Source of the DNA: an uncultured Pseudomonadota bacterium
GTDB taxonomy: Bacteria > Oederibacteriota > Muellerivitia > Muellerivitales > Muellerivitaceae
DNA length: 64,000 nt
Assembly (NCBI GenBank): GCA_963843375.1
Contig: CAWJKT010000008.1
Span: forward strand, 64,001 to 128,000
Direction: 5' to 3'
The notes beneath the pieces were generated by a model that saw nothing but the letters and a program-made list of their open reading frames with translations, was not told where the DNA came from and made no database searches. The translations under genes were made by a program, and so were the position numbers. Below, one piece after another: positions 20,965 through 31,095 of the stretch (position 1 is the first letter of the stretch; the number at the start of each line of letters is the position of its first letter).

Positions 20965-22056
20965 TCACTTGCTTTTTGCGGCTCGTGTCATATTCGTGTC
21001 ATTCAAGGCCTTCGCCTTCTCAAGGGCCGCTAGGCGGTCCTCCCGATCCACACGGTCATACTTACGAAATACCGCATGGGTCTTGTGACCCGAAATCGAC
21101 ATGATGACCGAATCGCTTACTCCCGCCTTCCTCAGGTTCGTCACCGCGCAATGTCTGAGGTCATGGAAACGAAAATCCAGAATCCCGGCATGTCGGCAAG
21201 CCTTCTTGAAGGCGGTCTTAATGCTCCCCATGGTCTGGCCTTTCCAGGTAAAAACATAGGGACTTCCAAGGGTCCGGGGAATCTGCTTCAAGAGATCTAA
21301 AAGCTCCCCTGTCAGCGGTACTTCCCTTTTCTCTTGGGTCTTCGTGTCCTCGGCTTCCAGGTAAATGACCCTGTTCTTGAAATCCACCTGCTCCCAGCGC
21401 AACTTCAAGATTTCACCGCAACGCATCGCGGTCAAATAAGCCAACTGAACGATGGGCTTGAGGTGATTGGAGCATTTCTCCAAAAGCCTCCGGTATTCCT
21501 CCGGCTCCAAAGTGCGGCTTCGGAAGTTCGCTTTGAACTTCTTCACCCCCGCTATCGGATCCCGGTCAATCAGCCGGTTCAAAACCGCCCGGTGAACCAG
21601 GGCCTTCAGGATGGCGATATCCAGGTTCAAAGTCCCCTCGGCGACCGGCCTGCCGGGGTGGGACAACTGACCCTTACTCTTCCGGTGGACCAAAAAGGCT
21701 TCCACCAAATCCGGGCTCAAACTTTCCAAAGGACGGTCTCCAAAAAAGTCCTTAAACAAGTTGATCCGGTAGATATCCCTGGTGTGGCTTTTCTTCCTGG
21801 CTTTTGAGTAAGCCAAAAAAGCATCCGCCGCCTCGAAAAATCCCACCATTGGTTTATCGGAAGCTAAATACTTCTCTTCCGCCATATCCCCCATATTCTG
21901 GGCCAAAATCTTCTTGGCCTGGGCTAGGGTGATATTTCCCAACCGTACCCTTTTCCTCTTCCTCAATCCATTCTCCCGGACGAAATAGTCCAGGAAGTAA
22001 CCCGCCCCATCCTTGCGAAGATGCTGCGGCAATCCATGAACATTAGGTTTAGCCAT
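20965..22056 (-). CDS. Tyrosine recombinase/integrase
   Basis: TAMRCGEI, KTQEKR, RFHDLRH, ISGHKT, RKY catalytic pattern; AGGAGG RBS before ATG 22056. Confidence 0.95.
   Translation of the reverse strand: MAKPNVHGLPQHLRKDGAGYFLDYFVRENGLRKRKRVRLGNITLAQAKKILAQNMGDMAEEKYLASDKPMVGFFEAADAFLAYSKARKKSHTRDIYRINLFKDFFGDRPLESLSPDLVEAFLVHRKSKGQLSHPGRPVAEGTLNLDIAILKALVHRAVLNRLIDRDPIAGVKKFKANFRSRTLEPEEYRRLLEKCSNHLKPIVQLAYLTAMRCGEILKLRWEQVDFKNRVIYLEAEDTKTQEKREVPLTGELLDLLKQIPRTLGSPYVFTWKGQTMGSIKTAFKKACRHAGILDFRFHDLRHCAVTNLRKAGVSDSVIMSISGHKTHAVFRKYDRVDREDRLAALEKAKALNDTNMTRAAKSK
20983..21004. repeat. Putative integrase arm-type sites, left end
   Basis: TCGTGTCATATTCGTGTCATTC, 21/22 identical to 38266-38287; extra CGTGTCATTC at 20906-20915. 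Confidence 0.7.
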
Positions 22057-22607
22057 ACTTCCTCCTAATGTCCCCAGCGAAATCATGATAGCAGGGGGCA
22101 TCAAGTTTTCAAAATACCCAAACACTTAATAAATAAAACGGCAGAAAATGTCGTATTACCTTTCCACAGCACTAATAACGCTGGGAAAGAAAAACACCAA
22201 GTCCTTAGCGTGTTTTGGAATCTATCAAAAAATAGGTTTTTAAAACACGTAGAGTTTTCTAGGTGTTATTTAAAAAGCTTACTAAAGGCTAAATTTAATA
22301 AAAGGGCCTTATAAGGTCCCTTTTTCAAAAGACCGCCAAAAGAGATAATTCAAAAATACGGTAATCGGAGACCGTGTTTTTGTGAACCATCTGTAGATGT
22401 TCTCTACACAAGTTAAAAACGTTTTTTTTGCAGTATTTTGAACAAAGGAGAGAAGAAAAAGACGGGGGAAAGAACCCGTGTTTCGAAACTGACTTTTTAG
22501 GGAGAATAGGTAGTTAAAGCTGTTATATCGCGAATCGCAGTCAAACTTGCGAATACTTAATCAGCAATTTTTTATTACTTTGACCCGATAAGACAAGTTT
22601 CATTTTT

Positions 22608-23462
22608 TTAGGACTTCCGAAATTGGTTTAATGTTTTCATCAAATCTGAAATTTTCCAAAGAATTACATTAGCTTGTTCAAGCTCAACTTGCTTAAAATT
22701 ATGAGCGAATTCGTTTCGATAATATTTAAATATCATTCGCAATTCACTTCGCAATGTTTTCAAGTGAGAGCCTATATATTTATCTTCTTTTAAATTATTT
22801 TTTATAAATAATTCGATTAGTTTTTGCCCATAGCTGTTAATTTTTGAAATTTTTTTAATCTCATTTTCAAAAATAATAAAGCCTTCACGAATGGCTGTGT
22901 CATACCTTTTAATCTCGAGATAAGGTTTAACCCATTTCGATACTTTTGGGTTTATGTATTTTCCCGATTCCTTCAATAAATCCTTTAGAGCCAAAAATCC
23001 AGCCCTTGTCACTTTTAAACCATCTTTTCCAATATCAGCAAACTCATCTGTATCGTCAGGATCATAAATAGGTTTCGGAACTTTCCCATAACTTCCATTG
23101 CTCAACTTGAAATACAACTCCTCATGATTTCCCCATTTCTTCAATTCCCAATTGAAACTATTTATTTCTCTAACCCCTGAAACATATCGTCGTTTTTGAA
23201 GGTCAATTAAATCTTCATGCCAAACCGCAACGTGATAATTATTTTCGTCATAAGGGTTTTTGCCTGGTTTCCCAACGCAAAATAGCATGCACTTATCAAT
23301 ATCATCAATCGCGTTGAAAACGGTTCCACGAGGATATAAACCAAAGGTTAAAAGTCCTATAGCCCAACCATGTTCAATAGGATAAACCGGCCAATCCGCA
23401 TGGATGGCAATAACACCTTTTGAAGTCCAGCCTAAATAACCGGGATGCTTAGAAAGTTTCAA
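22608..23462 (-). CDS. Hypothetical protein with C-terminal TIGR02391/HEPN-like domain
   Basis: YDTAIREGFIIFENEIKKIS...G..LI...RNEFAH (RxxxxH); low GC. Confidence 0.6.
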   Translation of the reverse strand: MKLSKHPGYLGWTSKGVIAIHADWPVYPIEHGWAIGLLTFGLYPRGTVFNAIDDIDKCMLFCVGKPGKNPYDENNYHVAVWHEDLIDLQKRRYVSGVREINSFNWELKKWGNHEELYFKLSNGSYGKVPKPIYDPDDTDEFADIGKDGLKVTRAGFLALKDLLKESGKYINPKVSKWVKPYLEIKRYDTAIREGFIIFENEIKKISKINSYGQKLIELFIKNNLKEDKYIGSHLKTLRSELRMIFKYYRNEFAHNFKQVELEQANVILWKISDLMKTLNQFRKS

Positions 23463-23688
23463 ATGTCTCCGCTTTCTAAATCATTTTCTCGGCTTTCTAC
23501 TTCACCTTCAAACTTATACTGATTTACAAGTTCTTCCTCTACCCACCACCCAAGCATAATTTCTGGAACAGAACCAAAAGTAACAGCCTCTACTTCATAA
23601 ACTTGAACCTCCTTTTTGACCCTCTCTAACATCTCACTTAACCAATTTTCATCAACCTCAAGATCAATTGCTGTCCCTTTCCACATTT
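23459..23688 (-). pseudogene. 3' remnant of an unidentified gene cut by IS21
   Basis: Acidic open frame WKGTAIDLEV...ESGDI ending in overlap with the next start; begins at the IS boundary. Confidence 0.5.
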
Positions 23689-23788
23689 TGCTAACGCCGG
23701 TCGAAAAGTGTGACGGTGGGCGGTCCAAAAGTGTGACACCCCCCGCCTTCCATACGCCTTTAGGGTATATGGTCGTTGGTTGAACCTA

Positions 23789-24562
23789 TCAATCCTTCTT
23801 GTCTTTACGTCTCAGCCGTTTCTTCGCTTCCACCAGCCTGAAGCTTTGGCCGTTGGCCTCCAGAATATGCACCCGATGGGTCAAACGGTCAATAAGGGCC
23901 CCCGTCATCCTTTCGGAACCCATGATTTCCACCCAGTTTTCAAAGGGAAGATTCGTCGTTACCATCAGGCTGGTTCGCTCATAGGCCTTGCTGACCACCT
24001 CAAACAGCAACTCCGCTCCCGGCTTGGTGAACGGTACGTAACCCAATTCATCCAAAACGATTAGGTGGAGCCTGGCCAACTGCCGATGGAACTTGGCCAA
24101 TTGTTTTTCCTCGCGGCGCTCCAGAAGTTCGGTGACCAGGCCGGTCACGGAGAAGAACTTCACCGCCCGGCCCTGACAGCAGGCCTGGTAGGCCAGCGCC
24201 GTGGCCAAATGGGTTTTACCTGTTCCCGAATTGCCGATCAGCAGGACGTTTTCTTTTTTGTCGATGTACTCGCCCCGCATGAGTTCCCGCGTCAATTCCT
24301 GGTTGATCGAAGGCTGGGCCTTGAAGTCGAACGTGTCCAAAGTTTTGAGCACGGGAAAGTTGGCGTCGCGGATGCGCCTCTCCTTGGCCCGGCGTTCCCG
24401 GTCTAGAAGCTCCATCTCGGCCAATTTGAGCAGATATTGTGGATAGTCACTGCGTTCTGTGCGGCAGAGTTGGGCCATCTTGTCGTACTCCCGCTGCATG
24501 GTAGGCAGCTTGAGTTTTTTGAGGTGGTGTTCCAGCAAGAGCGTCTTTTTGGATTCGCTCAC
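23789..24562 (-). CDS. istB: IS21 helper ATPase
   Basis: GNSGTGKTHLA, LDELGY, TTNLPF..W, DRLTHR. Confidence 0.95.
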   Translation of the reverse strand: MSESKKTLLLEHHLKKLKLPTMQREYDKMAQLCRTERSDYPQYLLKLAEMELLDRERRAKERRIRDANFPVLKTLDTFDFKAQPSINQELTRELMRGEYIDKKENVLLIGNSGTGKTHLATALAYQACCQGRAVKFFSVTGLVTELLERREEKQLAKFHRQLARLHLIVLDELGYVPFTKPGAELLFEVVSKAYERTSLMVTTNLPFENWVEIMGSERMTGALIDRLTHRVHILEANGQSFRLVEAKKRLRRKDKKD

Positions 24563-26070
24563 GCTTCACCTCCCACAACCATCAGCTCCCGGTAGGCCGA
24601 AAGATCCGTCCGGGCCACTTGAACCCGTCGTAAGTGCTCACGACCGGCAAGGCTGAAGGTGGTCAGCCTGTAATCCTCCCTGGGGTAGAGCAACTGGGCG
24701 ACGGCGTCCCGGGTATAGATTTCCATTCCCACAGCTTTCTTCACCGCACGGGTGAGCCGCGAGAGGGAATATTTCTCCAAGAGGCGCAGAGTCTTGATGA
24801 ATTCCCGTGTCCCTTCACCATGGTGCCTTTCCATGGCTTCCATGCGGCGGCGCAGGAGGGGAAAACTTTCCGGCAGGTTCCAGTCTTCCAGGGGCCGGGC
24901 ATGATCGAGGGCTCCCGGTTTCCCTTCCAAAACCGCTAAATAATGCACCGGATTGAAGACCACACCTTCCTTTCCCCAAAGGCGATCGTGAGTCGCGATG
25001 AGCCTGTCCTTGTGGAAGATATCCACTCGCTTGATGTACCCCTTCACCACCACCGGATGGTGTGCCCATTCGGAAGGAACGGAATAGTCGTTGGTGTCGA
25101 AACGCACGAGGGACAAAGACGTGGCTGTCGTGGACTGTTTCAGACAGGCGTCAAAGGGAGTGGCCGGCAAAGGCCTGAAATGGGCCTTATCCTCGTCTAG
25201 AAGCTGCACCTTGGGTAGACCCTTCCCCCGCAATTTGCGCTTCAAGTCCTCCCGGCATTTCACCTCCAACTGCTCGTTCAGTTCATCCAGGTTTCCCACC
25301 TGTGGAACCGGGACCATGAAGTTCAGGCGGACGTATTTCACCCCGCCTTCCACGACGCCCTTTTCATTGCCACGGCGTATCGTGCAGAAGTGGTGATCGA
25401 AGAGGTAATGGCTCTCCAATTGCTGGAAACTTTTGGTCAAAATCCGTTGGTGTACCCCGGCGATCTTCGTCACGAGGGTCTTGGCATTGTCGTAGCTGAT
25501 CCGCCAGGGCACGCCGCCAAAATATTCGAAGGCCCGGATATGGCCTTCCCACACGAACTCCGTGCTTTCCCGCTCAAACATCTGGACGAAAAAAGCATCC
25601 GAATACGGAAGTGCCATCACAAAGAAAGGCCGTTTCACCAACACACCGTTGAGTTTGACCAGGGCGTGTCCAAAGTCCACCTGGGCCTCCCCGGGCCGAT
25701 GGATCAAAGGCACGAAGACCTCGCTATTCTTTTGCTTGAACCCCTGGACGGCTTTTTTCACCTGGCTATAGCCGCCGGTGTAACCATCCTCATCCCGCAG
25801 GCGCTCAAAAATGCGCTTGGCCGTATGTCGTTGTTTTTTGTGGACGTGCTTGTCGTCCTGAAGGATTTGCTTGATGCGGCCCAGGAAGGGCCCAATCTTG
25901 GGCTGTGACCTCTCCCGGTACATTCGGTAGCCCGGGGGTTGGCTATGGGCGAGTATTTTCTTGAGGGTTTCCCAGTGGATGCCTTCTTCTTCCATCACCT
26001 GGCGTTTGGAGACCCCCTCCACCAGGATTTTCTTGCGGATTTCGGTCCATCGGTCCATGTCCTTGTACAC
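24559..26070 (-). CDS. istA: IS21 transposase
   Basis: HTAKRIFERL, PGEAQVDFG, YDNAKT, EKGVVE, FDTNDYSVP. Confidence 0.95.
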   Translation of the reverse strand: MYKDMDRWTEIRKKILVEGVSKRQVMEEEGIHWETLKKILAHSQPPGYRMYRERSQPKIGPFLGRIKQILQDDKHVHKKQRHTAKRIFERLRDEDGYTGGYSQVKKAVQGFKQKNSEVFVPLIHRPGEAQVDFGHALVKLNGVLVKRPFFVMALPYSDAFFVQMFERESTEFVWEGHIRAFEYFGGVPWRISYDNAKTLVTKIAGVHQRILTKSFQQLESHYLFDHHFCTIRRGNEKGVVEGGVKYVRLNFMVPVPQVGNLDELNEQLEVKCREDLKRKLRGKGLPKVQLLDEDKAHFRPLPATPFDACLKQSTTATSLSLVRFDTNDYSVPSEWAHHPVVVKGYIKRVDIFHKDRLIATHDRLWGKEGVVFNPVHYLAVLEGKPGALDHARPLEDWNLPESFPLLRRRMEAMERHHGEGTREFIKTLRLLEKYSLSRLTRAVKKAVGMEIYTRDAVAQLLYPREDYRLTTFSLAGREHLRRVQVARTDLSAYRELMVVGGEA

Positions 26071-26202
26071 TCCTTTTCCTCCTGGAGGCGTGGTTTTCAT
26101 CTTTGAAAACCCACATCTTCCAGGGAATTTCGGGGAGTGTCACACTTTTCGACCGCCTTTTTGCCCTCTCTAGACCGTCACACTATTGGACCGGCGTTTA
26201 CA

Positions 26203-28284
26203 AATTTTTTTACTTTCAACATAGTCACCATGGGCTTCTGTTAAATGACCATAGATTTGGCTATACCGATTTCGAAATCCAAAAAGTGAATGCGTTTCAC
26301 CCTTAAATGGCATTCGAGCAAATTTATCAACAGTGGCCACAATAATTGACGGACGAGTCCTATATATTTCTTCGTCAACAACCACCACGGGCAATCCCGC
26401 CTGATTTGACTTGGCAGAGCTGAATTCACATTCCTTATTGTTGCACCATATAAGTGTACGTTGGGTCGCTTTATCAGGAACATATGTGTTCGGTTCCGGG
26501 ACACCCTTGTCACTAACAAGTATTGAACCGCACCGAGGACAAGAGACAAGTTGAATCGGGCTACCTGTGCTAGGCCTTCTTCCTTCCCTGGCCTTCTCAA
26601 TTACCGCTGCTGAATCCGAAAAAGTGTTAGGGGTTGTTTTTTTACCAACCCAAATTCCAATTCGAAATGGTTCTTGGCCAAAAATTTTTGGATTTTTATA
26701 CCTTATAACTTCACATGCCGCGATTAATGCCGCGGCCCGTTGAAACTGTTGAACCGTGAGGAGTCGAAGCGTATACCTCATAATTACGCTGACTCCGGCA
26801 CCTGCCTCCATGCCATAACGATTACCTCTTAAACGCCTTAAAGCTATTACAAAAGCAGACAATCCAAGATAAGCCTCGGTTTTACCGCCCCCTGTTGGAA
26901 ACCAAAGTAAATCGACTATCTCTCTGTCGCTACTGTTTTCATCAGCTACTCCGCAGAGATTCAGCAGTATGAAACCCAGTTGAAAGGGACGCCATGTTCG
27001 ATTTTTTGGGAAGTCATATTCATACGGCGTACCTTTTACCACTCCCGCCTTACGGTTGGTGGCGGCCCAAAGAGAGTGAATTCGCTGATCCCACATTGCT
27101 CTGTTAGAAAATTTAAATGCTTCAAAAACATGTTCGTCTGATTGAATAAGCAATAATCCATCTTTAATGCGCGAAGCGCAAACCCTACAAAGTTTAATAT
27201 TTATTTTCGAAACTTCATAAAACAACTTGTTTTCTTTTATTTCTGGCTTCTCACTTTCATTTTCAATTTTATCAATCCAAGATTCATACTCATCTACCAT
27301 CGGCTTTAATAATTTTATTAGTTCAGAAGCGGAACTCATCTCCGCCAAGAATTTCATATCTAACGTTGCTCCTCCAGTTTTGTCTGCCGGAGCAATAAGC
27401 ATTGGGGTCTCAAAAGAGGGAATAAATTCGGTAAATACTGCTGTTGTTCTTTTTCCACCATCAACCGGCTCTGCCCATCCAGCAGACACTCCATGACCTG
27501 TCGCGAACTCCCTAGAATCTCGATAAAGCAATTCGTTAGTTGAGCTTTCATCATCTTCGGAAACATAGGTTGGTTCTGGCCGATAATCCTTTGCAACAAA
27601 CACAGGACTGTTATTAGAAGTAGTTACATACACGGAGGGTTGATAAATCCAACGTTCATCTTTTGACCTGTCCCCTAATTGACCTTTTGTGCGTCGATTG
27701 ATCAAAAACAGGCTTACAGCTCTATGCCCCCCAAGATCATGAACAACACCCTCAATAGATATTTCCATATCATCAATTTGTGAAATAGATACACCGGGAG
27801 GATTCGAAGCGGAGGGGGATAAAGTTATTTTTGATATTGCCCCGGCTTTAGCAACTTGCACTCCATCAACCACGCCACTAATTGGGTATCTTTTCCAAAC
27901 GTACTTTCCTAATCCATCTTTTTCTCGTTTGTAATTGCCCCAGGCAACCCTAACTTGTAATGTTTTATTCTGAGAATCGATAAGAAAAGACAACCCGAAC
28001 GAAGAGGGGTTAAATCCAATTATAAGGGGTGGTTGCGGTTCCTCTTCTCCATCCTCCTCCGAGCTAACACCCATTGCGAGTTTTTCATTTTCAGTTTGTT
28101 CGATCAAACCGTCCTTATCATTCTCATCAATTCTGGCCGGCGCTAATCTTCCAACAACGTATCTGGAAGTTGGATATTCATTTATCACCTCATCGGGTGC
28201 GCCTGGCCCCATGAGCTCTTTCTTCAGCGCAAGGAGCAATCTATCTCTTACCTGACGTTCATTATTTGATGGTGCCATAGTCAC
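26203..28284 (-). pseudogene. drmA: DISARM helicase DrmA-like, C-terminally truncated by IS21
   Basis: WRPFQLGF, DLLWFPTGGGKTEAY, MRYTLRLLTVQQFQR, ATVDKFA; Walker B and helicase C-terminal motifs absent. Confidence 0.8.
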
Positions 28285-29531
28285 CTTATAGCCGAAACAA
28301 ATTGTGGCGTTCTTTTACGAGCACCTGGACCAAGACCAGTACCTGGATGATCTTTGTAAATTCCTCTAAATTTGAGATAACTTTTGGGGACTGGTTTCGT
28401 CACTACCGCTCGGGGACAATTATTTCTTTTCGAGGGTATTAGTGTTAGATTTTTTCGGACATTTTCCCCAAATAATTGACGTCTAATTTCTAAACCAAAT
28501 AATTCGCCAATGGCACTCGGCACAGCATTACCAATTTGACATTGTGCTGAACGACGATCACCCTGAATCTCATACCCCACCGGAAATGTTTGAAGGCGGC
28601 AAAGTTCTTCTATTGATAAGAGTCTATTTTTCCAATGAAAAGGTCCTGTTGCTGGCCCAGGCATCGCGGGTATTGTCCATGAGGGTTGGTTTTTGGCAAG
28701 TTTGAGGAGGAAAGACCAATAGCGTGTTCTCCAACCAAAAAGTGGTTCGCCACCATTTTGACGGTTTCGAGAAGTGTGCCAAAGATAATTTCGACCTTCC
28801 GGAATACTCTTAAGCAAATTTGCCCATCTTCCAGTCAAATTAAGAGCTGAAGGCCAAGTAGAAGTATCTAAATCACCTATTGCGTCCCATGCAGTACGAT
28901 ATGGCTCAAGACCATTAGAATCATCGTGCGTTGACTTTGGAGGGTCTATAGTCTTCCCAGTAATACTTGCGAGTATAAAAACTCTTTCCCGAAACTGCGG
29001 CACGCCATAACTGGCAGCATTTAAATGAATAACTTGCAACCGATAATTACAACCTACACGTTTATTAATAGCCTTGATTCCACGAATTAAAAATTGAAGC
29101 CCTTCATCTTTGCCGTTAAAAGCCAATCCCTTAACATTCTCAAGTAGAAGAACTTTTGGCAAAATTAATTCCACGGTTTGAAGAAATGCTTTGAGCGTCT
29201 TTGAGCGAGGATCGCTTAGACGCGGCGAGTCTCCACTAGACCAAAAAGCCGCTTTAGAAAAGGGTTGGCATGGCGGGCCACCAGTAAGAAGAGATACTTT
29301 TTTCGGCCTCATCCTGGACTGTTTTAAAATATCATTTGGTTTCAACTCGTAAATATTTCCGGGCTCCGCAAGTATCCATCCTGGCCTGTTATGCATTAAA
29401 GTTTTTCTTGCATCTCCATCAATTTCTACACAAAGTCTATTCTTAAATCCTGCGGCTTCAAATCCGAGATCTAACCCTCCTGCCCCAGTAAATAAAGAAA
29501 TAACAGTTCGTTCAGTTGAATGAACATTCAT
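28281..29531 (-). CDS. DNA cytosine-5 methyltransferase (DrmMII-like by context)
   Basis: LFTGAGGLDLGF, GGPPCQPFS, ENV, PQFRERV, RLQTFP, QIGNAVP. Confidence 0.92.
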   Translation of the reverse strand: MNVHSTERTVISLFTGAGGLDLGFEAAGFKNRLCVEIDGDARKTLMHNRPGWILAEPGNIYELKPNDILKQSRMRPKKVSLLTGGPPCQPFSKAAFWSSGDSPRLSDPRSKTLKAFLQTVELILPKVLLLENVKGLAFNGKDEGLQFLIRGIKAINKRVGCNYRLQVIHLNAASYGVPQFRERVFILASITGKTIDPPKSTHDDSNGLEPYRTAWDAIGDLDTSTWPSALNLTGRWANLLKSIPEGRNYLWHTSRNRQNGGEPLFGWRTRYWSFLLKLAKNQPSWTIPAMPGPATGPFHWKNRLLSIEELCRLQTFPVGYEIQGDRRSAQCQIGNAVPSAIGELFGLEIRRQLFGENVRKNLTLIPSKRNNCPRAVVTKPVPKSYLKFRGIYKDHPGTGLGPGARKRTPQFVSAIR

Positions 29532-29622
29532 ATAATTATTGGTTCCTTCATTTTGGATACTTTGATTTTTGGAGTTAATTTGTCTAGCAAATTTTACTTT
29601 GATTTATCCTCTAATCCCATCT

Positions 29623-30099
29623 TTACTTTGAGTCTTCCAAAGATCCCTCATATTCCGAATATTCCTCAGTCATCCATTGGTTCCCGCAAACTGGGTCTTT
29701 GCATTCCCAAAAATGACGTATGGTTTCCTTGACCATTCGGACCTGTTCCAGTCGTTTGAGCTCATAAGCATGGTCCGCGTCGATAAAGCTGTTGGAGTAG
29801 ATAGTCCCTTCGTCGATCCTTTCCACCGTTTCCAAAGATTCCTTTTGTTCCACAACCTCGCTTTTAACAAACCGTTTCTTCCAGAAACCGCTGCACTTGG
29901 GACACCGGCTTTGATAGGCCTTTACCGCAAACCAAACAAACGGCTTTAAGGTAACGAAGTAGAGTGGATAAAGAACGAAACACAGGGCTTTCAATGCAAG
30001 CCCCACAACCCCCAAGGCCATTCCCAAAAGAAATAGGGCCGCCAATAAGGCGACACCACATAACAGCAAACAAGTGAAAATGTCGGAAAGTGTTTTCAT
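29623..30099 (-). CDS. Membrane-anchored protein with CxxC/CxxxxC zinc-ribbon
   Basis: Two N-terminal hydrophobic helices; CPKC and CKDPVC. Confidence 0.55.
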   Translation of the reverse strand: MKTLSDIFTCLLLCGVALLAALFLLGMALGVVGLALKALCFVLYPLYFVTLKPFVWFAVKAYQSRCPKCSGFWKKRFVKSEVVEQKESLETVERIDEGTIYSNSFIDADHAYELKRLEQVRMVKETIRHFWECKDPVCGNQWMTEEYSEYEGSLEDSK

Positions 30100-30117
30100 G
30101 GTTTCCCCCTTTCCGGG

Positions 30118-30603
30118 CTAGATCAGCCCGGCTTGCCGGAATGAAAAGTGCCCCTCATGGGTGACGATCAAATGGTCATGGACGGCAATCCCCAAGGCGC
30201 GGGCGGCGGTCACGATCTGCCGGGTTAATTGCTTATCGCCCTCACTTGGTTCCAAGCTCCCGGCTGGGTGGTTATGCGAAAATAAAATCCCGGTGGCGTC
30301 CAGTTCCAGGGCCTTCTTGAGAACCTCGCGGGGGTACACGGCGGTATGGTCAACGGTGCCTTCCTGGTTCAAAACCACGTCCAAAACATGGTTCCGGTGG
30401 TCCAGGTACATGGTCAAGAAAGCCTCATTGCGCTTCCCGCCGATATACTTACTGAAATATTCAACCGCGTTCTCCGGGCTTCCGATAACTGACCCCCGCT
30501 GGTAGGTTTCCCTGGCTTCCGCCCAACTCACCGGCGGAACCGTCGGCGGCGGCAAAGCCCCAACCTCAAATTTAAATTCAACTTGTTCCTTGGAATCCTT
30601 CAT
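30118..30603 (-). CDS. radC: RadC-like JAB domain protein (short mobile-element type)
   Basis: GTVDHTAVYPREV, SHNHPAG, PSEGD, DHLIV. Confidence 0.9.
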   Translation of the reverse strand: MKDSKEQVEFKFEVGALPPPTVPPVSWAEARETYQRGSVIGSPENAVEYFSKYIGGKRNEAFLTMYLDHRNHVLDVVLNQEGTVDHTAVYPREVLKKALELDATGILFSHNHPAGSLEPSEGDKQLTRQIVTAARALGIAVHDHLIVTHEGHFSFRQAGLI

Positions 30604-31095
30604 GTTCCCCGTCCTTTCCGAGGGAGAACGCCCTCCGGGGGCGGCCCTCAAAATTTGAGGGGCCGACCACGGGGGGTAAGGGTGGACGAAACATCGGGCG
30701 ATAGCCCAAAGTGGAGTCCACGAGTTGTTATGGCCGTGGGGAAAGTTTCTGCTCATGGCCGGTTTTGGCGATTCATGAGCAAAACCGAGGGCGAAGGGCG
30801 GGCCTTACTTGGCCCGAACGAGGTAGCGGCCTTTAGGCCGCCCCGAGGCTCGCTTTTCCCACAGCCATAACTTCATTGAATGTTTAAATGATTTTCAGGA
30901 AAGGGGTGGGCTGAAATTTATGTTGAGCTTCACATAAATCTTGTTATGTGAAGTGGTTAGTTATGTGAAGTCCGGCCAAATAAACTCCTGTTTTTCGTTG
31001 TATGTCTGGCCATCCGTCGTTTTTCACTTCACATAATTCGGGTTGGTAGACTGCTCTTCCTCTTGGAACTCAAAGAGGAGAAAAGGAGCACTACC

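Larger units (their letters stand above)
23689..26202 (-). mobile_element. IS21-family insertion sequence
   Basis: Terminal IRs TGCTAACGCCGGTCGAAAAGTGTGACGG / TGTAAACGCCGGTCCAATAGTGTGACGG with internal repeats; istAB. Confidence 0.93.

Noticed and set aside
30918..31036. TTATGTGAAGT repeats as a CRISPR array
   Set aside because: Too short, in both orientations, no spacers or cas genes; they are RIT terminal sites.
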